A stretch of 64,000 nt of DNA from Candidatus Cloacimonadales bacterium (GCA_963663475.2 CAXXJV010000001.1:160001-224000), one strand, 5' to 3'; counted from the first letter of the stretch, positions 1 through 9,435 are shown. The notes: a model not told the origin generated them from the sequence alone. Translations and numbers: made by a program.

Positions 1-366
1 AGTTTTATTTAAATATATTATTCTTGAGGCTTTTTCTATATTAGAAAGTCTTTCATACGAACCTAAATCTCTATCCTTAGCACGAAGCTCATAAAAATAA
101 TCTTTTGTATTTTCATGAGTTTTTAAATTATCAATTAGTTCTTCAACGTTTTCTTTAACAACTTGATAAACATTGATTAGTTCGGAGTTGTAGTCATTAA
201 CTATGGCTTTTTTAGGTTGGATATCAAATAAAACAGCCCCACCCCCTAAAAATGGTTCATAATAAGTTGAGACATTTTGTGGTCTTAATTTATTTATCTG
301 TGTTAAAAGTTGTCTTTTACCACCGACCCATTTTAAAATTGGCATTACTAATTTATTTTTTGGCAT
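1..366 (-). CDS. dam: DNA adenine methyltransferase, Dam/D12 class (partial, runs off the window)
   Basis: Not in the ORF track. Manual translation gives MPKNKLVMPILKWVGGKRQLL...YYEPFLGGGAVLF...IVNDYNSELINVY, i.e. the Dam motifs KWxGGK and EPFxGGG. Confidence 0.9.
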   Translation of the reverse strand, partial: MPKNKLVMPILKWVGGKRQLLTQINKLRPQNVSTYYEPFLGGGAVLFDIQPKKAIVNDYNSELINVYQVVKENVEELIDNLKTHENTKDYFYELRAKDRDLGSYERLSNIEKASRIIYLNKT

Positions 367-465
367 AATCATCTCCAACTTCTTGTCTTTTTTAAGACAT
401 AATATATTTAAACAGCTTAGTGTCAATAAAATTTATATAAAATTAAGTAACACTTAAAAAGAATA

Positions 466-1023
466 TTATTTAAGCCCATAATTCATTTGTTCAAAAAATT
501 CTCTTTTCACTTCATCAGGAACTTCTTTTTTTTCAGACTCTAGCATAGAAATCTCTGCCAGATATATTTTATCTGATTTGTACCTTTTCCCTCTTGAGTC
601 TACTACATGCATTCTAATATACCATCTTTCTTTTATACTATCTTTGATATCAATAGGATACTGACTAAGTAAATATCCAATATCTAGATGGAACTTCTTC
701 CTCTCTTCTTTATCATATATATTATTATCTTGAAGTAATGGAATATGCATAATAGGATTTGTTTTTTTTCTAATATTAAATCTGTTATAAACAACATATT
801 CAAATCTCTGTATGTACTTTCGATAATTAGATAAGTTTGTTATTATAATTAAATATATATCAATAGGATATTCACCATATTCCAATGTTCCATAAGTTAT
901 TTCAGCTTTCATTTTTGATCTTCTATCAAGGAAATAAAATAATGCATTGAGAAATAAACTAACTAGACTTATTGCAACTGCAATTCCTGAATAAAAAGAA
1001 CTGTCCAAATTAACCTCCATCAT
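466..1023 (-). CDS. Hypothetical protein with N-terminal transmembrane helix (prophage moron)
   Basis: 185-aa ORF with hydrophobic segment IAVAISLVSLFLNALFYFL; very AT-rich. Confidence 0.6.
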   Translation of the reverse strand: MMEVNLDSSFYSGIAVAISLVSLFLNALFYFLDRRSKMKAEITYGTLEYGEYPIDIYLIIITNLSNYRKYIQRFEYVVYNRFNIRKKTNPIMHIPLLQDNNIYDKEERKKFHLDIGYLLSQYPIDIKDSIKERWYIRMHVVDSRGKRYKSDKIYLAEISMLESEKKEVPDEVKREFFEQMNYGLK

Positions 1024-1201
1024 TTTTTTACTTTTTTAGTACACTTTATTTTTTATGCCGTTCTAAATATTTCTTTAGAAAATAATTCTAACTATTTGAA
1101 TAATAGATTTTAATATCTTACAAAAAAAATAATCCGTTTATGAATATTGACAAATTATCAGTATTTTATATATTAACTAAAATCTAAAAAAGGAGGTAAA
1201 C

Positions 1202-1357
1202 ATGGATACTTGGAAATTCTATTTAGACGCTAATAATAAATGGCGTTGGCAAAGAAAAGCCAGTAACGGTGAAATAGTTGGTGCATCTACTCAAGGCTAT
1301 GTAAATAAGTCTGATTGTGTAGAAAATGCTCGTAGAAATGGATATAAAGGCAACTAA
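1202..1357 (+). CDS. YegP/DUF1508 family small protein (51 aa)
   Basis: Below the ORF-track cutoff. MDTWKFYLDANNKWRWQRKASNGEIVGASTQGYVNKSDCVENARRNGYKGN, with AGGAGG RBS at 1191-1196. WRW..KA.NGEI....GY is the DUF1508 pattern. Confidence 0.8.
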   Translation: MDTWKFYLDANNKWRWQRKASNGEIVGASTQGYVNKSDCVENARRNGYKGN

Positions 1358-1385
1358 CAAAATAGTTACCTTTATATGAGAAACA

Positions 1386-1425
1386 AAAGCTTCAGTTTTT
1401 ATGTGACAGTTTAAACTGGAGCTTT
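1386..1425. terminator. Probable bidirectional intrinsic terminator
   Basis: AAAAGCTTCAGTTT...AAACTGGAGCTTT inverted repeat between convergent genes. Confidence 0.5.
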
Positions 1426-1449
1426 ATTTTATGCCACTTTTATAATTAT

Positions 1450-2160
1450 TTAATGGATGTCAAATAAATTCTGAACATCTATTATAGTTCCCTTCAACCA
1501 CTGCACAAACAAATTTCGCACCAGGTTATCCTCCAGCCCTCTCTTGTAGGCCATGTCTTTAAAAGGGGGCTTTAACTGCTTATAAAAAGCCTTATAATCT
1601 TCATCACTAGCTTTAGCTAAGAGCTTCTTACTTAGTTCTCTCCACTCTTCTTGTTTTTTCAAATCTTCTGGAGTAATATCTTCATCAGGAAGACCTCTCT
1701 CAATTCTTTTAGCTTTCTCAAACTCTGCTTTCTGTTGATCAAGTTTCTTCTGGTAAGAATACCATTCTTGCAAATATCCCTCAAATTTATTACTAAACAA
1801 AGTCTTAGGTCGCAAGTAAGGAGTAAATTTCTCATCTCCTAACCATTGTTTTGACTTAATAAATATCACCTTTTTAAAGTCTTCAGGACTAAAGCCATCA
1901 TTTAATCTAGCTCTGATTAAGGCTTTTGTTTCGGTAGTATTCCAGCGATATTGTTTCCCTGTCTTTTGGTTAAGTTCTTCCACTATCTGTTGATAAATAT
2001 CTACACTTATTCCCCTCTGTGGAGGGGTGCCCGAAAGGGTGGGGTGGTGTTTTGCTTTTAACCTTTGCAGAAATTGCAGGGTCTTGACTTCCAGGATTTC
2101 AAGCCCTACAATCTCTATCAATTCCTTATATATCTGATTAATCTTCTCTTTTGTGGTCAT
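1450..2160 (-). CDS. Conserved phage C-terminal domain (Phg_2220_C-like) protein, replication-initiator-like
   Basis: LNQKTGKQYR...IRARLNDGFSPEDFKKVI..K..QW......YLRPKTLFSNKFEGYL matches this family's pattern. Confidence 0.75.
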   Translation of the reverse strand: MTTKEKINQIYKELIEIVGLEILEVKTLQFLQRLKAKHHPTLSGTPPQRGISVDIYQQIVEELNQKTGKQYRWNTTETKALIRARLNDGFSPEDFKKVIFIKSKQWLGDEKFTPYLRPKTLFSNKFEGYLQEWYSYQKKLDQQKAEFEKAKRIERGLPDEDITPEDLKKQEEWRELSKKLLAKASDEDYKAFYKQLKPPFKDMAYKRGLEDNLVRNLFVQWLKGTIIDVQNLFDIH

Positions 2161-2172
2161 TGTAGTTAGTCC

Positions 2173-2466
2173 TTATTCATCATCTCTACTAATTATCCTC
2201 TCTCCACAAAACGGACAAAACAACATTTCCTCAGCAATAATTTTCTTTTCTCCACCATATCTTAGTACTTGAAACGGAACAAAATAATTGCGGTTTCTCA
2301 TATAAATATAAGGGTATGAAACAGTGAATATTGGGTCTTCAAAGTGTATTCTATTCTCAATCTTCTCTATTTCTTTAATACGATTTTCAAAGCACTTACA
2401 CATTTGATGTTTCCTCACTCTTCTCCTATTAGTACCAGTCTGGTCTTTCACAGCTTGTTTCTTCAT
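2173..2466 (-). CDS. Hypothetical phage protein with Cys motifs (MCKC...FCPFCG); start may be at MCKCFE
   Basis: ORF track; packed in the phage operon. Confidence 0.5.
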   Translation of the reverse strand: MKKQAVKDQTGTNRRRVRKHQMCKCFENRIKEIEKIENRIHFEDPIFTVSYPYIYMRNRNYFVPFQVLRYGGEKKIIAEEMLFCPFCGERIISRDDE

Positions 2467-2614
2467 GTTTAACTTCTTTAGTTTTTAAACATTTTTCACA
2501 GTAAAACCTATCTATCTTAGTATAGTGATAGCTTCTACTGCCATAATAAGCAGAGCTTTTGTTTGACTCCATATATACCCACTTGTGTACACATTGCTTT
2601 TTATTTTCATTCAT
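2429..2614 (-). CDS. Small zinc-ribbon-like phage protein
   Basis: CVHKW...FYCEKC motif; AGGAG RBS. Confidence 0.55.
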   Translation of the reverse strand: MNENKKQCVHKWVYMESNKSSAYYGSRSYHYTKIDRFYCEKCLKTKEVKHEETSCERPDWY

Positions 2615-2679
2615 TCTTTTCTCCTATTCGTGTTAATTCGTTATAATTCGTGCTAATTAGTGTAAAAGCTCTTTAACCT

Positions 2680-2829
2680 TCAACTCTTCTTAAATCTCCA
2701 AATATCAGCCACTCTTGCTTCAGATAAAAAGAATTCCCCTGCTACAATTTTAAAGCAGTCTTTTAACCGAAACCCACTGCCTTTAAGTTCTTTAATTCTA
2801 ACTCTTATTTTCTTATACTTCTTATTCAC
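2680..2829 (-). CDS. Small HTH protein (49 aa), possibly a Mor-like regulator
   Basis: Manual translation from GTG: MNKKYKKIRVRIKELKGSGFRLKDCFKIVAGEFFLSEARVADIWRFKKS. The start overlaps the upstream stop; VA.EF.LS..RV..I is an HTH pattern. Confidence 0.5.
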   Translation of the reverse strand: MNKKYKKIRVRIKELKGSGFRLKDCFKIVAGEFFLSEARVADIWRFKKS

Positions 2830-3013
2830 TCTTTTTTCTCCAGTAGTAAACATAGTGATAAAGTTCTACATTTCCTGCCACAGCTTTACGTACCTGCTTT
2901 TGATGCTCCAAAAAACAGCGTCTGAGGGCACAGAACCTCTTTCTCTTAGTACTGCACCAACTCTCCTGACAAAGTGGCACCAAGCACCCCACACGCTTTT
3001 TATCTGGATTCAT
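2822..3013 (-). CDS. Hypothetical Cys-rich phage protein
   Basis: 63-aa ORF with GGAGG RBS. Confidence 0.5.
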   Translation of the reverse strand: MNPDKKRVGCLVPLCQESWCSTKRKRFCALRRCFLEHQKQVRKAVAGNVELYHYVYYWRKKSE

Positions 3014-3091
3014 TTACCCTCCAATTAACTGGGACATCGGGCATCTCTGCCGTATCTTCTCTAACTGGGAACGCTGGCATCCCTGCCCGCA

Positions 3092-3703
3092 TTACAGTGC
3101 TGAAAAATTCAAAGTAATTGATTTCCAGCTCCCATCTTCTTGCTTTTCTTTGAAGTTAAAATATCGCTTAGTAGAATCAATTCTGATAGCTTCAGAGATT
3201 AGATCCATTGCTTCTTGCCATTCAGGATGTTCAATCTTCAATGTCCTAAGGGATAGAATCTGTTTTACATCAACATTTCCCTTTTTATCTACATTAAAGG
3301 CCTTGTTTATAAGCATAACAATCTCTTTGCCTGCATTCTTTACTAAGCTTTTGATATAGTTATCAATCTTAGATTTAGCAATCTGTAGCTTATTATCAAA
3401 GCTAATTTTATCACTAATACTAACATCAATTCTATACTTCTCAGCAAAGTCCATTATAACAGCATTGCCTTTCCATTTCTCATTATGTTTATGGGCTAAG
3501 GAATCTAGGTAATCATCTACCATTTTTGCTAGTTTGCTTTTGAATGAAGTTAAATCACTTACCAGTTTATCAACTTCACTAAAGACTTCAGTGACTAGCT
3601 TATCTCTATTCTGATCATCTTTATCTATATACCTGATTGGTACTTCATAGCCATCAGGATTTATCCATAATTTAGTTCTTCCATCAACTCTTACTTCTGC
3701 CAT
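3092..3703 (-). CDS. DUF3164 family protein of Mu-like phages
   Basis: W.NP.G..VP...I...D..RD.LV; AF.VDK.G; W.EAM..I...I; I.L.FS.L. Confidence 0.85.
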   Translation of the reverse strand: MAEVRVDGRTKLWINPDGYEVPIRYIDKDDQNRDKLVTEVFSEVDKLVSDLTSFKSKLAKMVDDYLDSLAHKHNEKWKGNAVIMDFAEKYRIDVSISDKISFDNKLQIAKSKIDNYIKSLVKNAGKEIVMLINKAFNVDKKGNVDVKQILSLRTLKIEHPEWQEAMDLISEAIRIDSTKRYFNFKEKQEDGSWKSITLNFSAL

Positions 3704-3720
3704 TCTTTACTCCTCTTTTA

Positions 3721-4467
3721 TTAACTGGGATTGTGGGCATCCTTGCCCGCATTAATTCCCCCCTGTGGAGGGGTGTCAGTGTATTTCACTGACGGGGTGG
3801 TCTCCGCAATTTGCTCTTCAAATCTTCTCTGCTTCTCTCTTATCACCTCATTAATTTTGTCTAAATCCATATCCTGGAAGTAGAGTGCTAATTTATAGTT
3901 AAGTTCTTTCCCAGAACAATTAAAGTAACCTTTCATGTTATCAATAAACTGCTCAACTAAGACATCTTTTAATGTCTTAGAATCCTCTTTTTTCTTAACT
4001 CTTATCTCCTTCACCTTCTCACTAAGCTCTTGTTGAGATAGTTCTTCAGCTTGTTTTAACCACTCCTCCTGGACTACATAATCAGAATCTTTAATAAGAG
4101 GATGAATAGTATTCAATCTATCCAAACCTATCTCCTGAACTGTAGCAGAATCAATGCCCATATCTTTAATAAAGTAATCATAAATCTTAACTAACTTATT
4201 AGCAACACTTGCAGGCAGGTTATGTTCAATCTCTACAAAATCTCTAAAGTTCTTATAACCTTTAATCTTGAATATGCGTTTACTCTTTATCTCAGAAAGT
4301 ATCTCTCCTAGGCTAATAAAGTCTTCTTCTAACCTGCCTTTCATTACTTCAACAGCCTTAAATCTCTCTTCTGGTGTCATCTCCACTGGGAGCGCCGACA
4401 TCCCTGTCGGCATCTTCCTTTCATCTCCGCCATTAATTTTGCTTCTTCCAAATAATTCTCTACTCAT
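3721..4467 (-). CDS. Hypothetical DNA-binding phage protein (DUF3102-like N-terminus) carrying REP-derived peptides
   Basis: FISLGEILSEIK....F...GY.NF.DFV motif. Confidence 0.6.
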   Translation of the reverse strand: MSRELFGRSKINGGDERKMPTGMSALPVEMTPEERFKAVEVMKGRLEEDFISLGEILSEIKSKRIFKIKGYKNFRDFVEIEHNLPASVANKLVKIYDYFIKDMGIDSATVQEIGLDRLNTIHPLIKDSDYVVQEEWLKQAEELSQQELSEKVKEIRVKKKEDSKTLKDVLVEQFIDNMKGYFNCSGKELNYKLALYFQDMDLDKINEVIREKQRRFEEQIAETTPSVKYTDTPPQGGINAGKDAHNPS

Positions 4468-5021
4468 CTTTTTTCTCCTTCTTTATTCTTAGTGTAATTT
4501 GTGTAATTAGCTTGGGATGGCGTAGCTTTGCGAAGACAGCTGGATAGATTTTCTTTTCCCTGCTCTTTATAATACTTCAACATAGCTATCATTCCTCTTT
4601 TCTGCTCATCATTAAGTACGTTCCAGTGCAAAGTATGATACTTCTTAATCATGTACTTCTGTACTCTTAACCAATCCCAGCCAATCTCTTTCATAAGGTG
4701 CCAGGCAAATCTACCTTGAGCATCTAAGAAGCCGATTGAGTACTTATCTAATTGTCTTTGAAGCTCGTTGCAGCTATCAGGTATATAATCTCCCTTAACT
4801 ATTCCCAGCACAGTCTGAAGTTGCTGAATTGTTAGCTTTCTTAAAGAACTACCGAATCCCCAGGACTTCAACATGTCATGAAATTCTTCATTGCTCCAAT
4901 TGTGTTGCTTCTTACTGCTTATCATTATATGCTGTCTCAAGCTCTTAGCATAAGCTTCTTGTTTAGCACTCATTCCACTGGGAACGCCTGCATCCCTGCA
5001 GGCATTCATTGCATTTTTCAT
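4464..5021 (-). CDS. GemA/Mu gp16-like (DUF1018) protein
   Basis: H......NWSNEEFHDML...G..SLRKLT..QL..VL resembles GemA; position fits the Mu early operon. Confidence 0.55.
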   Translation of the reverse strand: MKNAMNACRDAGVPSGMSAKQEAYAKSLRQHIMISSKKQHNWSNEEFHDMLKSWGFGSSLRKLTIQQLQTVLGIVKGDYIPDSCNELQRQLDKYSIGFLDAQGRFAWHLMKEIGWDWLRVQKYMIKKYHTLHWNVLNDEQKRGMIAMLKYYKEQGKENLSSCLRKATPSQANYTNYTKNKEGEKR

Positions 5022-5548
5022 TATGATATCCTCCTATTTTCGATAAAATTGTATCTTTCTCCCTTCTTTTCTAAATAACCCATATTCTCAAGTTCACTAA
5101 TTATATCATTTGCACGTCCTGAACTTCCTCCAACAGCGTCAGTTATTTCACTAACAGTAGCTTGTTTTCTTAAAGTTAGCATCCTTACTACTTTAACCAG
5201 TTGCCTCCTATAGACCCTACTAGGATCATCTTTCATTGCAACTTCCCCCTTCTCAATCCTATAAACAGTACGTGTACTAACTCCTAATTCCTTTGCCTTA
5301 TCTTCTACCTCAGCATATCTACTACCTTCAGGACTTAATCTTACTGTAGAAGTCTGATAATTATATCTGTAGAGTACTGGGTGTGATGAAACACTTACCC
5401 TTTTAATCTTACCTTCGTTCTCCCAATTTTTAAGAACTCTATGGCAAGATGTTTTTGGAACACCAGTGTGCTCAATAACTTGTTGAACACTAAAGCTTTC
5501 CCTTATTTGATATATATAGTTATTGATTAATCTCTCATTTCGTGTCAT
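5021..5548 (-). CDS. Multi-HTH DNA-binding protein
   Basis: Three HTH-like segments (IEHTGVPKTSCHRVL; AKELGVSTRTVYR; EITDAVGGSSGRANDII). Confidence 0.7.
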   Translation of the reverse strand: MTRNERLINNYIYQIRESFSVQQVIEHTGVPKTSCHRVLKNWENEGKIKRVSVSSHPVLYRYNYQTSTVRLSPEGSRYAEVEDKAKELGVSTRTVYRIEKGEVAMKDDPSRVYRRQLVKVVRMLTLRKQATVSEITDAVGGSSGRANDIISELENMGYLEKKGERYNFIENRRIS

Positions 5549-5551
5549 TGA

Positions 5552-6307
5552 TTACCCTCTATTGAACTTAAAATTGTATTTTTTAATATCTTCTTTAGTG
5601 ATTCTACCTAAGTTCTCACTCTTAGCCAAAATCTCAAATTTCTTTATATAACTCTCTAAATTGTGTAAATTACCTCTCATCTCTTCGATCATTCGTCTAT
5701 AAACCTCAGGGTCAGCTTCAACTTCCATAGTCTTACCAATAATGCTGATTATGTCTTCTCTGGTAAGGATATCAAAAGGACAGTAGTTAGTAATCCTTCC
5801 TGAGAAGTGAGAATCGTAGCTTTCAATTTTCTTCTTGGTATCTTCCTCTCCAATCATCACTATTTTAGCACCAGCCTTATCTCTGAAGTCTCTTAACAGC
5901 TCAACGATATCCCACTTCCTGAATTTAAAAGCTACATTAACTTCATCTATAAAAAACACAAATGGTGGCATACCTGAAGCAGATCTTCTTAAATTGATCT
6001 CTTCAAACAACCTGATACATTCTTTCGCTATTTCTGAAGAGTAACCCCTAGGAATGATATCATTACCAGTAAGAATAAAGTTCAATGTCCTATAAATCTC
6101 TCTTAAGAAACTTCTACCTGATTCTTTGGTTTCAATTCGATAATATCCCCAGTCATTTTTAGGAAAATTCTTCAAAGCAAGTTGGCTTTTACCAGTACCT
6201 GTAAAACCATAAAAAACTACTAAATCGCCCCCATTTCGGCTACATATCTCTTTGATAATTTGATTAGCCTTAACTACGTTTTTTGTTTCAATTAATAAAT
6301 TTTTCAT
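5552..6307 (-). CDS. MuB-like AAA+ transposition ATPase
   Basis: Walker A GFTGTGKS, Walker B FFIDE; follows the transposase. Confidence 0.85.
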   Translation of the reverse strand: MKNLLIETKNVVKANQIIKEICSRNGGDLVVFYGFTGTGKSQLALKNFPKNDWGYYRIETKESGRSFLREIYRTLNFILTGNDIIPRGYSSEIAKECIRLFEEINLRRSASGMPPFVFFIDEVNVAFKFRKWDIVELLRDFRDKAGAKIVMIGEEDTKKKIESYDSHFSGRITNYCPFDILTREDIISIIGKTMEVEADPEVYRRMIEEMRGNLHNLESYIKKFEILAKSENLGRITKEDIKKYNFKFNRG

Positions 6308-6317
6308 TTTTACTCCT

Positions 6318-9077
6318 TTAGTTCAGACCAGCCTGCTTAAAAGCTTGCTCCCACTCCTGGTCTTCTTCTTCTTCTTGATTGTCTAATTCTTCGATTTGTT
6401 TTCTAATTTCTTCTAATTCTTTATCTTCTTTACTTATATATTCTTGCTCAACAACTTGAGCATTAATAACTTCTTCTTCAGTAACAATTATCTCGTTTTC
6501 AGGTAATAGTTCGGTTTTCTTATCTCTTGGCTTGTAATCTAAAGAAGTGTAACTATCCTTCTGCTTAGTATGTAGTCGATCCTGATCAGCTATAAGTTCT
6601 TCAACTGGAGCTTTTAATACCTTTTGAACCTCTTTCATACTCTTAGCTCCAGTAGCTCTTAAAGCTAAATAATACCCAATACCATGCTTTTCATATCTTC
6701 TAGTATCTCTTAAGGAAGTCATATCATCATCATATTGATAACCTGCTACAAAAGCTCTGGCAGGTTCATCATAATATTCTCCCATTGTAGAAGCTATCTT
6801 TACACTCCAGATATCTCTCTCATCGTAATAATAGAGGATTTTCTTACCTATTAAGCTGGCAAAAATTGCATGTCTGTAATAGATACCACCTACATAAATA
6901 CCATCTCTTTGAACCTTTACTTCCTTTAGATATGGATCTCTCATATACCTATCTAAAGTGGCTTGTGATGGAACTACCTTGTCTTTAAGATTATAAGCTT
7001 CTATTGGTGATAAAACCTTACCTTCGATATTCCTGTTAATTGTACATAACTCAGTTGAAGTATTCCACATGTGGATAAAAGCTCTTAATAGTTCTTCAAA
7101 TTCTTCTAATGTAGGTATAGCATCACTAAATTTAACACAAAGCTCCCTGTTGGTCATTTTGAGCATTTCTTCTCTTTCTTCAGGTTTCCTTCCAAAATAG
7201 ACAGGGAACTTATCTTCAAACCTACTAAAACACCACTTCCAAAATGGCTCTATCATCTTTGATTCTGAGTTCTTTGGTATAGTGAAATGATACTCTTTAA
7301 TCCCAATATTCTTATACATACCTAAATCACCTGAATCAAGCATAGCCTGTGCCCTCTGTTTACCCTTAGTATTTCTTTTTTTATAAATAAACTCTTCAGG
7401 TGCAAAGGCTATATTCCTATATGATTTAGCATTATCAGTTCTGATATGCTCAGGTAGTCCAAAATGTTCAATTCCATCTCGCAAAGCATTTCTGACTAAG
7501 TTACCAGTTTCTGTTTTACCCACTGCACAGCCAGTTATAGCTTTTGTGGCTATATCAATCCACCAAACCACTACAGGCTTAAAAATTACGCTGTATTCAG
7601 CCTTTTCTCTATAAAATGGACTAAAGACAGGCACACTTGAATGTTTGCCGTCACTCTCCCATATTTGCCCAGGCAAAGCGTTATTGATTCTGATAGTGTG
7701 AGGCCTTGCTTTATTCTTATACCCTTCAGGACCTTCTAAAGCTGACATACCAAGTACATCTTCTCTGGTCTCTTTCATTATATTGAATAAGGTCCTCTGG
7801 GATATCTGAAGCTTTAAACCCTTTTCAGCTAATTTGTTTTTAACAATAGTCATTACTTCAGTACTATCCCAGCTAATCCTGGCTTTTGATACATTCTCAA
7901 TTAACTTTCTTACTTGGTTGCTGACTTGTGATTTTCTTCCTACCACACCTCTTTTTTGCTCAAGTAAACTAACTGGATAAGCTGAATCACCCGAGTCTCT
8001 ATACTTCTTCTCCCACTTCTTAACAGTCTTAATTGAAATACTCTCCACATCCATCTTCTTCAGGATAAATGGTAATATCTCACCTTTATTAAGCTTAATC
8101 TCAAACTCATGATCAGCTCGGCCAAGTTTCTCACCTCTTAGCTTAGCCTGCTTTTTATATTCTAAATACTTATCAATAATAGCTTTTCTTTGCCAGGCTT
8201 TCTCTCTCTCAGCCATAGAATGAACATTAAATTCATTCTTCTCAGCTTCCAGCAAGTCGCCTAAGGCTCTGTTACCATCTAAGACTTCTAACTCCCATCT
8301 TCTTTTAACCATATCAGATAATCCATCTATTGAAATAAGAGTCCTTGTCTTGCTAACCTTATCAGCAACAGTAATTGAAATCAGCTCTTTACTCTCTATT
8401 CTTCTATATATAGTCCTTTCACTTAAACCAGATAAAACAACAGCCCTATCAAGAGGTATCCATCTTAATGGATCTAATTCTGAAGGGATAGTTCTCTCAA
8501 CTGGGACCACCGACATCCCTGTCGGCATTAATTCCCCTCTTGAAGAGGGGTGGCTTGGTATTTCCAAGTCGGGGTGCTTCTTCCTTTCATTAAAACCACT
8601 TGCACTTTGATTTTCAATTTGCACATTGCTTTGCACATTGCACATTGGTTTTAAAATTGCACTTTGATTTTCATTTTGCACATTGCTTTGCACATTGCAC
8701 TTTGATTGCACATTGTTAATCTCTTTATCTTTCAATGCTTTATCTAATTCTGCACATTGATTTTCCAGTTTTGGCAGACCCGGCTCTGCCATCTTTTCAT
8801 TTTTTTGCTTCTTGAGGCTAAAAATTTTTGGACTTTCTTCTGTTTCAACATTAAAAGTTGCACATTGGATTTGGGAACGATCTACACCATTATCTTCAAA
8901 AATTGCACTTTGGTTTGCTTCTTTTACAAACATAAAAACAACAGGTCTTCCACCTCTGGGGTTCTTAACCTCAGCAACAGGCCACTCACCTTCGTTTCTT
9001 TTATTAATAGCTGTTCTTCTGCTAAATCCATAAAATGCTATCAATTCTTTATATGTTAACCACATAAGCATCTCCAA
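6318..9077 (-). CDS. MuA-like DDE transposase (919 aa)
   Basis: WESDGKH, IRTDNAKSY and SKMIEPFW give a DDE triad. N-terminal HTH domains; Mu-transposase C-terminal pattern (V...GI...G..Y...YYYD..D...V). Confidence 0.9.
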   Translation of the reverse strand: MEMLMWLTYKELIAFYGFSRRTAINKRNEGEWPVAEVKNPRGGRPVVFMFVKEANQSAIFEDNGVDRSQIQCATFNVETEESPKIFSLKKQKNEKMAEPGLPKLENQCAELDKALKDKEINNVQSKCNVQSNVQNENQSAILKPMCNVQSNVQIENQSASGFNERKKHPDLEIPSHPSSRGELMPTGMSVVPVERTIPSELDPLRWIPLDRAVVLSGLSERTIYRRIESKELISITVADKVSKTRTLISIDGLSDMVKRRWELEVLDGNRALGDLLEAEKNEFNVHSMAEREKAWQRKAIIDKYLEYKKQAKLRGEKLGRADHEFEIKLNKGEILPFILKKMDVESISIKTVKKWEKKYRDSGDSAYPVSLLEQKRGVVGRKSQVSNQVRKLIENVSKARISWDSTEVMTIVKNKLAEKGLKLQISQRTLFNIMKETREDVLGMSALEGPEGYKNKARPHTIRINNALPGQIWESDGKHSSVPVFSPFYREKAEYSVIFKPVVVWWIDIATKAITGCAVGKTETGNLVRNALRDGIEHFGLPEHIRTDNAKSYRNIAFAPEEFIYKKRNTKGKQRAQAMLDSGDLGMYKNIGIKEYHFTIPKNSESKMIEPFWKWCFSRFEDKFPVYFGRKPEEREEMLKMTNRELCVKFSDAIPTLEEFEELLRAFIHMWNTSTELCTINRNIEGKVLSPIEAYNLKDKVVPSQATLDRYMRDPYLKEVKVQRDGIYVGGIYYRHAIFASLIGKKILYYYDERDIWSVKIASTMGEYYDEPARAFVAGYQYDDDMTSLRDTRRYEKHGIGYYLALRATGAKSMKEVQKVLKAPVEELIADQDRLHTKQKDSYTSLDYKPRDKKTELLPENEIIVTEEEVINAQVVEQEYISKEDKELEEIRKQIEELDNQEEEEDQEWEQAFKQAGLN
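8601..8912. repeat. Array of 12 co-oriented TGCACWTTG boxes inside the transposase gene
   Basis: Copies start at 8601, 8620, 8632, 8639, 8658, 8677, 8689, 8696, 8707, 8751, 8859 and 8904. Confidence 0.9.
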
Positions 9078-9216
9078 TTAAGGCTTGGAAGTAAGTAGCC
9101 CATCGGTGATATACCAAGGAGGATTTCCTTTGTTGAACTACTTACTAATATTTTATTAATCATATTTAGCCTCTTATTAATATTCATAGTAGTGGGGCTA
9201 TTTCCAGCCCCATTGG

Positions 9217-9435
9217 CTATGAACATCTCTTTCTTAAGTCCTGAAGGCTTTTGAAGTTCTGATTGGCTAAACTAAGCTTATTCTTAAGTTCTTTATTCTT
9301 CTTCTTTAAGCTGTAGTTATCAGCCTTGAGTTCAAAATTCTTACTCTCTAAATCAGAAGATTTACCTATCCCTGATATGTCGTGCATCACTAACAAAACT
9401 AAGATAATTGATAATATTACTATGGTGGTTATCAT
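9217..9435 (-). CDS. Small membrane-anchored coiled-coil phage protein
   Basis: N-terminal hydrophobic helix followed by heptad-like region. Confidence 0.55.
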   Translation of the reverse strand: MITTIVILSIILVLLVMHDISGIGKSSDLESKNFELKADNYSLKKKNKELKNKLSLANQNFKSLQDLRKRCS

